DNA of 64,000 bases from NCBI RefSeq assembly GCF_054482525.1, contig NZ_CM137006.1; one strand, given 5' to 3'. A model generated the notes under the pieces. It was not told the DNA's origin. It did not search any database and was given only the letters and a program-made list of their open reading frames with translations. Positions 1 through 11,300 of the stretch are shown one piece after another. The position numbers and the translations under genes are program-made. Every line of letters starts with the position of its first letter. Positions within the stretch are counted from its first letter, which is position 1.

Positions 1-921
1 CTAGGATCGGATGCGCTGGATTCGCCTGGTTTTGACCTGCTGGCGTTGTTCACCGGATCGGAAGGTATGCTCGGCGTGACCACCGAAGTGACGGTGAAGC
101 TGTTGCCGAAGCCGCCCGTGGCGCGGGTTCTGTTAGCAAGCTTTGACTCGGTAGAAAAAGCCGGACTTGCGGTTGGTGACATCATCGCTAATGGCATTAT
201 CCCCGGCGGGCTGGAGATGATGGATAACCTGTCGATCCGCGCGGCGGAAGATTTTATTCATGCCGGTTATCCCGTCGACGCCGAAGCGATTTTGTTATGC
301 GAACTGGACGGCGTGGAGTCTGACGTACAGGAAGACTGCGAGCGGGTTAACGACATCTTGTTGAAAGCGGGTGCGACTGACGTCCGTCTGGCACAGGACG
401 AAGCAGAGCGCGTACGTTTCTGGGCCGGTCGCAAAAATGCGTTCCCGGCGGTAGGACGTATCTCCCCGGATTACTACTGCATGGATGGCACCATCCCGCG
501 TCGCGCACTGCCTGGCGTACTGGAAGGCATTGCCCGTTTATCGCAGCAATATGATTTACGCGTTGCCAACGTCTTTCATGCCGGAGATGGCAACATGCAC
601 CCGTTAATCCTTTTCGATGCCAACGAACCCGGTGAATTTGCCCGCGCGGAAGAGCTGGGTGGGAAGATCCTCGAACTCTGCGTTGAAGTTGGCGGCAGCA
701 TCAGTGGGGAACATGGCATCGGGCGAGAAAAAATCAATCAAATGTGCGCCCAGTTCAACAGCGATGAAATCACGACCTTCCATGCGGTCAAGGCGGCGTT
801 TGACCCCGATGGTTTGCTGAACCCTGGGAAAAACATTCCCACGCTACACCGCTGTGCTGAATTTGGTGCCATGCATGTGCATCACGGTCATTTACCTTTC
901 CCTGAACTGGAGCGTTTCTGA
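1..921 (+). CDS. glcD: Glycolate oxidase subunit GlcD, 3' portion (5' end upstream of window)
   Basis: Frame open from the window edge; translation ...HGIGREKINQMCAQFNSDEITTFHAVKAAFDPDGLLNPGKN matches the FAD-linked oxidase C-terminal domain; stop overlaps the glcE start (ATGA-type coupling); operon context. Confidence 0.88.
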   Translation, partial: LGSDALDSPGFDLLALFTGSEGMLGVTTEVTVKLLPKPPVARVLLASFDSVEKAGLAVGDIIANGIIPGGLEMMDNLSIRAAEDFIHAGYPVDAEAILLCELDGVESDVQEDCERVNDILLKAGATDVRLAQDEAERVRFWAGRKNAFPAVGRISPDYYCMDGTIPRRALPGVLEGIARLSQQYDLRVANVFHAGDGNMHPLILFDANEPGEFARAEELGGKILELCVEVGGSISGEHGIGREKINQMCAQFNSDEITTFHAVKAAFDPDGLLNPGKNIPTLHRCAEFGAMHVHHGHLPFPELERF

Positions 922-1973
922 TGCTACGCGAGTGTGATTACAGCCAGGCGCTGCTGGAGCAGGTGAATCAGGCAATTAGCGATAAAACGCCGCTGGTGAT
1001 TCAGGGCAGCAATAGCAAAGCCTTTTTAGGTCGCCCTGTCACCGGGCAAACGCTGGATGTGCGTTGTCATCGCGGCATTGTTAATTACGACCCGACCGAG
1101 CTGGTGATAACCGCGCGTGCCGGAACGCCGCTGGTGGCGATTGAAGCGGCGCTGGAGAGCGCCGGGCAAATGCTCCCCTGTGAGCCGCCGCATTATGGTG
1201 AAGAAGCCACCTGGGGCGGGATGGTCGCCTGCGGGCTGGCGGGGCCGCGTCGCCCGTGGAGCGGTTCGGTCCGCGATTTTGTCCTCGGCACGCGCATCAT
1301 TACCGGCGCTGGAAAACATCTGCGTTTTGGTGGTGAAGTGATGAAAAACGTTGCCGGATACGATCTCTCACGGTTAATGGCCGGAAGCTACGGTTGTCTT
1401 GGCGTGCTCACTGAAATCTCGATGAAAGTGTTACCGCGACCGCGCGCCTCCCTGAGCCTGCGTCGGGAAATCAGCCTGCAAGAAGCCATGAACGAAATCG
1501 CCCAGTGGCAACTCCAGCCGCTACCCATTAGTGGCTTATGTTACTTCGACAATGCGTTGTGGATCCGCCTTGAGGGCGGCGAAGGATCGGTAAAAGCGGC
1601 GCGTGAACTGCTGGGGGGCGAAGAGGTTGCGGGTCAGTTCTGGCAGCAATTGCGTGAACAACAACTGCCGTTCTTCTCGTTACCAGGTACCTTATGGCGC
1701 ATTTCATTACCCAGCGATGCGCCGATGATGGATTTACCCGGCGAGCAACTGATCGACTGGGGCGGTGCGTTACGCTGGCTGAAATCGACAGCCGAGGACA
1801 ATCAAATCCATCGCATCGCCCGCAACGCTGGCGGTCATGCGACCCGCTTTAGTGCCGGAGATGGTGGCTTTGCCCCGCTATCGGCTCCTTTATTCCGCTA
1901 TCACCAGCAGCTTAAACAGCAGCTCGACCCTTGCGGCGTGTTTAACCCCGGTCGCATGTACGCGGAACTTTGA
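921..1973 (+). CDS. glcE: Glycolate oxidase FAD-binding subunit GlcE
   Basis: 350-aa ORF; FAD-binding PCMH-type sequence; position between glcD and glcF. Confidence 0.88.
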   Translation: MLRECDYSQALLEQVNQAISDKTPLVIQGSNSKAFLGRPVTGQTLDVRCHRGIVNYDPTELVITARAGTPLVAIEAALESAGQMLPCEPPHYGEEATWGGMVACGLAGPRRPWSGSVRDFVLGTRIITGAGKHLRFGGEVMKNVAGYDLSRLMAGSYGCLGVLTEISMKVLPRPRASLSLRREISLQEAMNEIAQWQLQPLPISGLCYFDNALWIRLEGGEGSVKAARELLGGEEVAGQFWQQLREQQLPFFSLPGTLWRISLPSDAPMMDLPGEQLIDWGGALRWLKSTAEDNQIHRIARNAGGHATRFSAGDGGFAPLSAPLFRYHQQLKQQLDPCGVFNPGRMYAEL

Positions 1974-1983
1974 GGAGCAGGCT

Positions 1984-3207
1984 ATGCAAACCCAATTAAC
2001 TGAAGAGATGCGGCAGAACGCGCGCGCGCTGGAAGCCGACAGCATCCTGCGCGCCTGTGTTCACTGCGGATTTTGTACCGCAACCTGCCCAACCTATCAG
2101 CTTCTGGGCGATGAACTGGACGGGCCGCGCGGGCGCATCTATCTGATTAAACAGGTGCTGGAAGGCAACGAAGTCACGCTTAAAACACAGGAGCATCTCG
2201 ATCGCTGCCTCACTTGCCGCAATTGTGAAACCACCTGTCCTTCTGGTGTGCGCTATCACAATTTGCTGGATATCGGGCGTGATATTGTCGAGCAGAAAGT
2301 GAAACGCCCACTGCCGGAGCGAATACTGCGCGAAGGATTGCGCCAGGTAGTGCCGCGTCCGGCGGTCTTCCGTGCGCTGACGCAGGTAGGGCTGGTGCTG
2401 CGACCGTTTTTACCGGAACAGGTCAGAGCAAAACTGCCTGCTGAAACGGTGAAAGCTAAACCGCGTCCGCCGCTGCGCCATAAGCGTCGGGTTTTAATGT
2501 TGGAAGGCTGCGCCCAGCCTACGCTTTCGCCCAACACCAACGCGGCAACTGCGCGAGTGCTGGATCGTCTGGGGATCAGCGTCATGCCAGCTAACGAAGC
2601 AGGCTGTTGTGGCGCGGTGGACTATCATCTTAATGCGCAGGAGAAAGGGCTGGCACGGGCGCGCAATAATATTGATGCCTGGTGGCCCGCGATTGAAGCA
2701 GGTGCCGAGGCAATTTTGCAAACCGCCAGCGGCTGCGGCGCGTTTGTCAAAGAGTATGGGCAGATGCTGAAAAACGATGCGTTATATGCCGATAAAGCGC
2801 GTCAGGTCAGTGAACTGGCGGTCGATTTAGTCGAACTTCTGCGCGAGGAACCGCTGGAAAAACTGGCAATTCGCGGCGATAAAAAGCTGGCCTTCCACTG
2901 TCCGTGTACCCTACAACATGCGCAAAAGCTGAACGGCGAAGTGGAAAAAGTGTTGCTTCGTCTTGGATTTACCTTAACGGACGTTCCCGACAGCCATCTG
3001 TGCTGCGGTTCAGCGGGAACATATGCGTTAACGCATCCCGATCTGGCGCGCCAGCTGCGGGATAACAAAATGAATGCGCTGGAAAGCGGCAAACCGGAAA
3101 TGATCGTCACCGCCAACATTGGTTGCCAGACGCATCTGGCGAGCGCCGGTCGTACCTCTGTGCGTCACTGGATTGAAATTGTAGAACAAGCCCTTGAAAA
3201 GGAATAA
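1984..3207 (+). CDS. glcF: Glycolate oxidase iron-sulfur subunit GlcF
   Basis: ATG at 1984 gives 407 aa starting MQTQLTEEM; two CxxCxxCxxxCP ferredoxin-like motifs (CVHCGFCTATCP, CLTCRNCETTCP) and C-terminal CCG domains. The track's longer ORF from 1837 overlaps glcE and was not used. Confidence 0.88.
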   Translation: MQTQLTEEMRQNARALEADSILRACVHCGFCTATCPTYQLLGDELDGPRGRIYLIKQVLEGNEVTLKTQEHLDRCLTCRNCETTCPSGVRYHNLLDIGRDIVEQKVKRPLPERILREGLRQVVPRPAVFRALTQVGLVLRPFLPEQVRAKLPAETVKAKPRPPLRHKRRVLMLEGCAQPTLSPNTNAATARVLDRLGISVMPANEAGCCGAVDYHLNAQEKGLARARNNIDAWWPAIEAGAEAILQTASGCGAFVKEYGQMLKNDALYADKARQVSELAVDLVELLREEPLEKLAIRGDKKLAFHCPCTLQHAQKLNGEVEKVLLRLGFTLTDVPDSHLCCGSAGTYALTHPDLARQLRDNKMNALESGKPEMIVTANIGCQTHLASAGRTSVRHWIEIVEQALEKE

Positions 3208-3211
3208 CAAA

Positions 3212-3616
3212 ATGAAAACTAAAGTCATTCTTAGCCAGCAAATGGCGAGTGCAATTATTGCCGCAGGTCAGGAAGAGGCGCAGAAAAATAACTGGTCTGT
3301 TTCCATTGCTGTTGCCGATGACGGCGGTCATCTGCTGGCGTTAAGTCGCATGGACGATTGCGCGCCGATTGCGGCTTATATCTCCCAGGAGAAAGCGCGT
3401 ACCGCCGCGCTGGGGCGTCGTGAAACTAAGGGCTATGAAGAGATGGTGAACAACGGACGTACCGCGTTCGTGACTGCGCCGTTATTAACGTCGCTGGAAG
3501 GCGGCGTACCGGTTGTTGTGGATGGGCAAATTATTGGTGCCGTGGGCGTTTCTGGTTTAACCGGAGCACAGGATGCGCAGGTCGCGAAAGCGGCAGCAGC
3601 GGTGTTGGCGAAATAA
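3212..3616 (+). CDS. glcG: GlcG (heme-binding GlcG/HbpS-like protein)
   Basis: 134-aa ORF from ATG 3212 (MKTKVILSQQ...), immediately after the glcF stop. Confidence 0.8.
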   Translation: MKTKVILSQQMASAIIAAGQEEAQKNNWSVSIAVADDGGHLLALSRMDDCAPIAAYISQEKARTAALGRRETKGYEEMVNNGRTAFVTAPLLTSLEGGVPVVVDGQIIGAVGVSGLTGAQDAQVAKAAAAVLAK

Positions 3617-3637
3617 GCGAAAACGAGGAGATAAACA

Positions 3638-5809
3638 ATGAGTCAAACCATAACCCAGAGCCGTTTACGCATTGACGCCAATTTTAAACGTTTTGTGGAT
3701 GAAGAAGTTTTACCGGGAACAGGGCTGGACGCTGCGGCGTTCTGGCGCAATTTTGATGAGATCGTTCACGATCTGGCACCAGAAAATCGTCAGTTGCTGG
3801 CAGAACGCGATCGCATTCAGGCGGCGCTTGATGAGTGGCATCGCAGCAATCCGGGGCCGGTTAAAGATAAAGAGGCCTATAAATCTTTCCTGCGTGAACT
3901 GGGCTACCTGGTGCTACAACCGGAGCGCGTGACGGTGGAAACCACGGGCATTGACAGCGAAATCACCAGCCAGGCGGGGCCACAGCTGGTGGTTCCGGCA
4001 ATGAACGCCCGCTACGCGCTGAACGCGGCGAACGCTCGCTGGGGCTCACTGTACGATGCGTTATACGGCAGCGACATCATCCCGCAGGAAGGGGCGATGG
4101 TCAGCGGCTACGATCCGCAACGCGGTGAGCAGGTTATCGCCTGGGTTCGGCGTTTCCTCGATGAATCACTACCGCTGGAAAACGGCAGCTATCAGGATGT
4201 GGTGGCGTTTAAGGTGGTCGATAAACAATTACGCATCCAGTTGAAAAATGGTAAAGAAACCACGTTACGTACCCCGGCGCAGTTTGTCGGTTACCGTGGC
4301 GATGCCGCTGCGCCGACCTGCATTTTGCTGAAAAATAACGGTCTGCATATTGAACTGCAAATTGATGCCAACGGGCGGATTGGCAAAGACGATCCGGCGC
4401 ATATCAACGATGTTATCGTCGAAGCGGCCATCAGTACCATTCTCGACTGCGAAGATTCGGTCGCTGCGGTTGATGCGGAAGATAAAATCCTGCTGTACCG
4501 CAACCTGCTGGGCCTGATGCAGGGGACTCTGCAAGAGAAAATGGAAAAAAACGGTCGGCAAATCGTGCGTAAACTGAATGACGATCGTCATTACACCGCC
4601 GCCGATGGCTCTGAAATTTCTCTGCACGGACGCTCGCTGCTGTTTATCCGCAACGTGGGTCATTTGATGACTATTCCTGTGATTTGGGACAGCGAAGGCA
4701 ATGAAATCCCGGAAGGCATTCTTGATGGCGTCATGACTGGCGCGATTGCCCTCTATGATTTAAAAGTGCAGAAAAACTCGCGCACTGGCAGCGTCTATAT
4801 TGTGAAACCGAAAATGCACGGTCCGCAGGAAGTGGCGTTCGCCAACAAACTGTTTACCCGCATTGAGACAATGCTCGGTATGGCACCGAATACCCTGAAA
4901 ATGGGCATTATGGATGAAGAACGCCGGACCTCGCTGAACTTGCGTAGCTGTATCGCTCAGGCGCGTAACCGCGTGGCGTTCATCAATACCGGTTTCCTCG
5001 ACCGTACCGGCGATGAAATGCATTCGGTGATGGAAGCTGGCCCGATGCTGCGTAAAAACCAGATGAAATCGACGCCGTGGATCAAAGCCTACGAACGTAA
5101 TAACGTGCTTTCCGGTCTGTTCTGTGGGCTGCGCGGTAAAGCGCAAATCGGTAAAGGCATGTGGGCAATGCCGGACCTGATGGCAGACATGTACAGCCAG
5201 AAGGGCGACCAACTGCGTGCCGGGGCAAACACAGCCTGGGTTCCGTCACCAACCGCTGCTACGCTCCATGCGCTGCACTACCACCAAACCAACGTACAGA
5301 GCGTGCAGGCCAACATTGCCCAGAGCGAGTTCAATGCTGAATTTGAACCGCTGCTGGACGATCTGCTGACTATTCCGGTGGCTGAAAACGCTAACTGGTC
5401 AGTGGAAGAGATCCAACAAGAGCTGGATAACAACGTGCAGGGGATTCTGGGGTACGTGGTGCGTTGGGTGGAGCAGGGGATTGGTTGTTCAAAAGTGCCG
5501 GATATTCACAACGTGGCGTTGATGGAAGACCGTGCAACGTTGCGTATCTCCAGCCAGCATATCGCCAACTGGTTACGTCACGGTATTCTGACCAAAGAAC
5601 AGGTGCAGGCGTCGCTGGAGAATATGGCGAAAGTGGTTGATCAGCAAAACGCTGGCGATTCGGCTTATCGTCCGATGGCGGGGAATTTCGCTAACTCGTG
5701 TGCTTTTAAAGCTGCCAGCGATTTAATCTTCCTCGGCGTGAAACAGCCAAACGGCTATACCGAACCGTTATTACACGCCTGGCGTTTACGCGAAAAAGAA
5801 AGTCATTAA
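3638..5809 (+). CDS. glcB: Malate synthase G
   Basis: 723-aa ORF; length and sequence typical of malate synthase G; RBS GAGGAG upstream. Confidence 0.92.
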   Translation: MSQTITQSRLRIDANFKRFVDEEVLPGTGLDAAAFWRNFDEIVHDLAPENRQLLAERDRIQAALDEWHRSNPGPVKDKEAYKSFLRELGYLVLQPERVTVETTGIDSEITSQAGPQLVVPAMNARYALNAANARWGSLYDALYGSDIIPQEGAMVSGYDPQRGEQVIAWVRRFLDESLPLENGSYQDVVAFKVVDKQLRIQLKNGKETTLRTPAQFVGYRGDAAAPTCILLKNNGLHIELQIDANGRIGKDDPAHINDVIVEAAISTILDCEDSVAAVDAEDKILLYRNLLGLMQGTLQEKMEKNGRQIVRKLNDDRHYTAADGSEISLHGRSLLFIRNVGHLMTIPVIWDSEGNEIPEGILDGVMTGAIALYDLKVQKNSRTGSVYIVKPKMHGPQEVAFANKLFTRIETMLGMAPNTLKMGIMDEERRTSLNLRSCIAQARNRVAFINTGFLDRTGDEMHSVMEAGPMLRKNQMKSTPWIKAYERNNVLSGLFCGLRGKAQIGKGMWAMPDLMADMYSQKGDQLRAGANTAWVPSPTAATLHALHYHQTNVQSVQANIAQSEFNAEFEPLLDDLLTIPVAENANWSVEEIQQELDNNVQGILGYVVRWVEQGIGCSKVPDIHNVALMEDRATLRISSQHIANWLRHGILTKEQVQASLENMAKVVDQQNAGDSAYRPMAGNFANSCAFKAASDLIFLGVKQPNGYTEPLLHAWRLREKESH

Positions 5810-5821
5810 TAGCGTCAAAAA

Positions 5822-5849
5822 AGCCCCGGCAAGTTTTATTGTCGGGGCT
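5822..5849 (+). terminator. Possible stem-loop after glcB
   Basis: Inverted repeat agccccggcaa...ttgtcggggct directly after the glcB stop; weak T-tract. Confidence 0.35.
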
Positions 5850-6163
5850 ATGATAGTAACTGCGGTAGTACATTTATCCCGGAAATAACCGGAGCGATTA
5901 TCAGGGTTTAACAATATTAAATACCCGTAGCGCATTACTAGCGGGCCTAAAACAACAATATGGACATCTTAACGATATTCTGCGCCTGCGTGTGCGGAAC
6001 AGAAACCCTTACCCGATATACTTGTTATGCCAGAGGTAGCAATTGCGTTAGCAGCGTACTGTTGCTGTAAAGTATAACGCCTATATTTTACAGTTCAGTC
6101 CTCTTTTGCTTATTACAACCTTAAGTATATCAAGCATATAAAGATAATAAGAGACTGAACAAT

Positions 6164-7846
6164 ATGGTTAGCTGGACCCAAATGTATATGCCGATGGGAG
6201 GACTGGGGCTATCCGCTCTGGTCGCCCTGATCCCGATAATATTCTTCTTCGTTGCACTCGCGGTATTACGTCTGAAAGGACATGTCGCCGGAGCAATAAC
6301 CCTTATATTATCTATTCTGATTGCGATATTCGCCTTTAAAATGCCGATTGATATGGCATTTGCTGCTGCGGGCTATGGCTTTATTTATGGTTTATGGCCT
6401 ATTGCGTGGATTATTGTCGCGGCGGTGTTCCTCTATAAATTAACCGTTGCCAGCGGCCAGTTCGATATTATCCGCAGCTCGGTTATCTCCATCACCGACG
6501 ATCAGCGTTTGCAGGTGTTACTGATTGGTTTCTCCTTTGGCGCGTTGCTGGAAGGGGCGGCTGGCTTTGGTGCGCCGGTGGCGATTACCGGTGCGCTGCT
6601 GGTGGGCCTGGGCTTCAAACCGTTATACGCGGCGGGGCTGTGTCTGATTGCCAACACTGCGCCGGTGGCGTTTGGTGCGTTGGGTGTGCCGATTCTGGTC
6701 GCCGGTCAGGTAACGGGAATCGATCCGTTCCACATTGGCGCAATGGCGGGACGTCAGTTACCGTTCCTGTCGGTTCTTGTGCCGTTCTGGCTGGTAGCAA
6801 TGATGGACGGCTGGAAAGGGGTGAAAGAGACGTGGCCAGCGGCGCTGGTTGCTGGGGGAAGCTTCGCTGTCACGCAGTTCTTTACCTCTAACTATATTGG
6901 TCCGGAACTGCCGGATATTACTTCGGCGCTGGTGAGTATCGTCTCACTCGCTTTATTCCTTAAAGTCTGGCGGCCGAAAAATACCGAAACGGCAATCAGC
7001 ATGGGACAATCCGCAGGTGCGATGGTGGTGAATAAACCATCTTCTGGCGGTCCCGTGCCTTCAGAATATAGTCTGGGGCAAATCATTCGTGCGTGGTCAC
7101 CGTTTTTAATCTTAACGGTGCTGGTCACCATCTGGACCATGAAGCCGTTTAAAGCGTTATTTGCTCCGGGCGGCGCGTTTTATTCACTGGTGATTAATTT
7201 CCAGATCCCTCATTTGCATCAACAAGTGTTGAAAGCGGCACCCATTGTCGCCCAACCAACGCCAATGGATGCGGTGTTTAAATTCGACCCTCTCTCGGCT
7301 GGCGGCACCGCTATTTTTATTGCGGCGATTATCTCTATCTTCATCCTCGGCGTGGGCATCAAGAAAGGGATTGGCGTCTTTGCCGAAACGCTAATTAGTC
7401 TGAAGTGGCCGATATTGTCGATTGGCATGGTGCTGGCGTTCGCCTTCGTCACCAACTATTCCGGTATGTCCACCACGCTGGCGCTGGTACTGGCAGGTAC
7501 AGGCGTGATGTTCCCGTTTTTCTCACCGTTTCTCGGCTGGCTGGGCGTATTCCTTACCGGCTCGGACACCTCCTCTAACGCCCTGTTTGGTTCACTGCAA
7601 TCGACCACGGCGCAGCAAATCAACGTCTCTGACACTCTGCTGGTGGCAGCAAATACCAGCGGCGGCGTAACTGGCAAGATGATCTCCCCGCAATCTATCG
7701 CCGTGGCCTGCGCCGCGACGGGAATGGTGGGCCGAGAATCTGAACTGTTCCGCTACACCGTGAAGCACAGTCTGATCTTTGCCAGTGTGATCGGCATTAT
7801 CACGCTGTTGCAGGCGTATGTGTTTACCGGGATGTTAGTTTCGTAA
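6164..7846 (+). CDS. glcA: Glycolate/lactate permease (LctP family)
   Basis: 560-aa multi-pass membrane protein with lactate permease family features; downstream of glcB as in the E. coli glc locus. Confidence 0.88.
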   Translation: MVSWTQMYMPMGGLGLSALVALIPIIFFFVALAVLRLKGHVAGAITLILSILIAIFAFKMPIDMAFAAAGYGFIYGLWPIAWIIVAAVFLYKLTVASGQFDIIRSSVISITDDQRLQVLLIGFSFGALLEGAAGFGAPVAITGALLVGLGFKPLYAAGLCLIANTAPVAFGALGVPILVAGQVTGIDPFHIGAMAGRQLPFLSVLVPFWLVAMMDGWKGVKETWPAALVAGGSFAVTQFFTSNYIGPELPDITSALVSIVSLALFLKVWRPKNTETAISMGQSAGAMVVNKPSSGGPVPSEYSLGQIIRAWSPFLILTVLVTIWTMKPFKALFAPGGAFYSLVINFQIPHLHQQVLKAAPIVAQPTPMDAVFKFDPLSAGGTAIFIAAIISIFILGVGIKKGIGVFAETLISLKWPILSIGMVLAFAFVTNYSGMSTTLALVLAGTGVMFPFFSPFLGWLGVFLTGSDTSSNALFGSLQSTTAQQINVSDTLLVAANTSGGVTGKMISPQSIAVACAATGMVGRESELFRYTVKHSLIFASVIGIITLLQAYVFTGMLVS

Positions 7847-7855
7847 GTCAATAAA

Positions 7856-7890
7856 GCCGGATGATCGTTAATATCATCCGGCTTCATTTA
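7856..7890 (+). terminator. Rho-independent terminator after glcA
   Basis: Perfect hairpin gccggatgat-cgttaat-atcatccggc followed by a T-rich run. Confidence 0.7.
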
Positions 7891-8311
7891 CATTACTCTG
7901 TCTTATTAATGGAAAATTATTTCCCGCTTTATTATCCATGTAACAATAATGTTTCGCGTTCAGATAACATGCTAAATAATTAAGAGCGTGAGAACATCTA
8001 TTATTTATCACGCAAAACAAGTCAGTATTAATTATGTTCGCTTGATGAGCAAACACCGTTCTATCTGTTGCTTTTGCAATCTTAATCGTTAAAACTACCA
8101 ACAAATTTATATAGTTACGTTGTGAAAGGTTGTTAATTTTTTGTTTATTGAAATTTCGTAAAAATAACCAGCCAGACATCGAATAGGGGTTATTCTTATA
8201 AATTTCACCTGTTTTTCTATCAATGATGCCGTTTTCTTAAGAATGGAGGAAGTTATTAAAGAAGATAAAGCATAAAACTATTTCCCCGGTTACGAATCTT
8301 TTAACTTTGTT

Positions 8312-11300
8312 TTGTCACTTGCGTTATTAATGAATAAGAAATTTAAATATAAGAAATCGCTTTTAGCGGCTATTTTGAGTGCAACCCTGTTAGCCGGTTG
8401 TGATGGCGGTGGCTCCGGATCTTCCTCCGATACGCCGCCTGTAGATTCTGGAACAGGGTCTTTGCCGGAAGTGAAACCTGATCCAACACCAAACCCGGAG
8501 CCGACGCCTGAGCCAACGCCGGACCCAGAACCTACGCCGGAACCGACACCTGATCCTGAGCCAACACCAGAACCGGAGCCAGAACCTGTTCCTACGAAAA
8601 CGGGTTATCTGACCCTGGGCGGAAGCCAGCGGATAACTGGTGCTACTTGTAATGGTGAATCCAGCGATGGCTTTACCTTTACGCCAGGCGACAAAGTCAC
8701 CTGTGTGGCAGGGAACAACACGACAATTGCTACCTTCGACACCCAGTCAGAAGCTGCGCGTAGCCTGCGTGCGGTTGAAAAAGTGTCGTTTAGTCTTGAG
8801 GACGCGCAAGAACTGGCAGCTTCCGATGACAAGAAAAGCAATGCGGTTTCGCTGGTAACGTCCAGTAACAGCTGTCCGGCGAATACAGAACAGGTTTGCC
8901 TGACGTTCTCCTCAGTGATCGAGAGTAAACGTTTCGACTCGCTGTATAAGCAAATCGATCTGGCACCGGAAGAGTTCAAAAAGCTGGTCAATGAAGAGGT
9001 GGAAAACAATGCCGCGACCGATAAAGCGCCATCCACTCATACTTCACCGGTTGTGCCCGTCACCACGCCGGGAACAAAACCGGATCTGAACGCTTCCTTC
9101 GTGTCGGCTAACGCGGAACAGTTTTATCAGTATCAACCCACTGAAATCATTCTCTCCGAAGGCCGACTGGTAGATAGCATGGGCAATGGTGTGGTTGGCG
9201 TAAATTACTACACCAGCTCAGGCCGTGGCGTAACTGGCGAAAACGGCAAATTCAATTTCAGCTGGGGCGAAACCATCTCCTTTGGTATCGACACCTTTGA
9301 ACTGGGCTCAGTGCGCGGCAATAAGTCGACCATTGCGTTGACTGAACTGGGTGACGAAGTTCGCGGCGCGAATATTGATCAGCTTATTCATCGTTACTCC
9401 CAGGCCGGAAAAAATGATGAGCGTGAAGTGCCGGACGTAGTGCGCAAGGTCTTTGCCGAGTATCCCAACGTAATCAACGAGATTATCAATCTCTCGTTAT
9501 CCAATGGCGAGGCGTTGAGCGAAGGCGATCAAACCTTTGAGCGGACAAACGAATTTCTTGAGCAGTTTGAATCCGGGCAGGCTAAAGAGATTGATACGGC
9601 GATTTGTGACTCCCTTGGGGGCTGCAACTCTCAGCGTTGGTTCTCGTTGACAGCACGCAATGTTAATGACGGCCAGATTCAGGGCGTTATTAACAAGCTG
9701 TGGGGTGTGGATACGAACTACAAATCTGTCAGCAAGTTCCATGTATTCCATGACTCTACCAACTTCTATGGCAGCACCGGTAATGCGCGCGGTCAGGCAG
9801 TGGTGAATATCTCCAACGCGGCATTCCCGATTCTGATGGCGCGTAATGATAAAAACTACTGGCTGGCCTTCGGCGAAAAACGCGCCTGGGATAAAAACGA
9901 GCTGGCGTACATTACGGAAGCGCCTTCTCTCGTTGAGCCGGAAAACGTTACGCGCGATACCGCCACCTTTAACCTGCCGTTTATTTCGCTGGGGCAAGTC
10001 GGTGAGGGCAAACTGATGGTTATCGGTAACCCGCACTACAACAGCATTTTGCGTTGTCCGAACGGTTACAGCTGGGAAGGCGGTGTTGATAAAAACGGTC
10101 AGTGTACGCGTAACAGTGATTCTAATGATATGAAGCACTTTATGCAGAACGTGTTGCGCTATCTGTCCGACGATAAATGGACGCCGGACGCGAAAGCCAG
10201 CATGACCGTAGGTACCAACCTGGATACTGTCTATTTCAAACGTCATGGTCAGGTTACAGGAAACAGCGCTGAGTTCGGCTTTCATCCGGATTTTGCGGGT
10301 ATCTCTGTTGAGCATTTAAGTAGCTATGGCGATCTCGACCCGCAGGAAATGCCGCTGCTGATCCTCAACGGCTTTGAGTATGTGACTCAGGTTGGTAACG
10401 ATCCTTATGCAATCCCGCTGCGAGCAGATACCAGCAAACCGAAGCTGACTCAGCAGGATGTGACCGATCTGATCGCCTATCTGAACAAAGGTGGATCGGT
10501 GCTGATCATGGAAAACGTGATGAGCAATCTTAAGGAAGAGAGCGCGTCTGGCTTTGTACGTCTGCTTGATGCCGCAGGTCTGTCGATGGCACTGAACAAG
10601 TCGGTAGTAAATAACGATCCGCAAGGGTATCCGAACCGCGTTCGTCAGCAGCGCGCAACGGGCATTTGGGTCTATGAACGTTATCCTGCCGTAGATGGTG
10701 CGCTGCCGTACACCATCGATAGTAAGACAGGGGAAGTTAAGTGGAAATATCAGGTAGAAAACAAACCTGATGACAAACCGAAGCTGGAAGTTGCCAGCTG
10801 GCTGGAAGATGTAGATGGCAAACAGGAAACGCGTTATGCCTTTATTGATGAGGCCGATCATAAAACAGAGGATTCTCTGAAGGCTGCGAAGGCAAAAATC
10901 TTTGAGAAGTTTCCTGGATTAAAGGAGTGTAAGGACCCAACTTACCACTACGAGGTCAACTGTCTGGAATATCGTCCTGGCACGGGGGTTCCGGTTACTG
11001 GTGGCATGTATGTTCCACAGTATACGCAACTAAGCCTTAACGCCGACACGGCAAAAGCGATGGTGCAGGCTGCGGATTTAGGCACCAACATTCAGCGTCT
11101 GTATCAGCATGAGCTCTACTTCCGGACCAATGGTCGCAAAGGTGAGCGTCTGAGCAGCGTCGATCTGGAACGTCTGTACCAGAACATGTCGGTCTGGCTG
11201 TGGAATAAAATTGAATATCGTTATGAAAACGACAAGGATGACGAGCTGGGCTTTAAAACGTTCACCGAGTTCCTGAACTGCTACGCCAACGATGCCTATA

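Noticed and set aside
1837-3207. Track's 456-aa extended glcF ORF
   Set aside because: The extension overlaps the glcE 3' end; ATG at 1984 gives the expected 407-aa protein directly after glcE.
8478-8592. Possible CRISPR-like array or other regular repeat in the yghJ 5' region
   Set aside because: The repeats are in-frame codon reiterations of a Pro-rich linker, with no spacer/repeat architecture and no cas genes.
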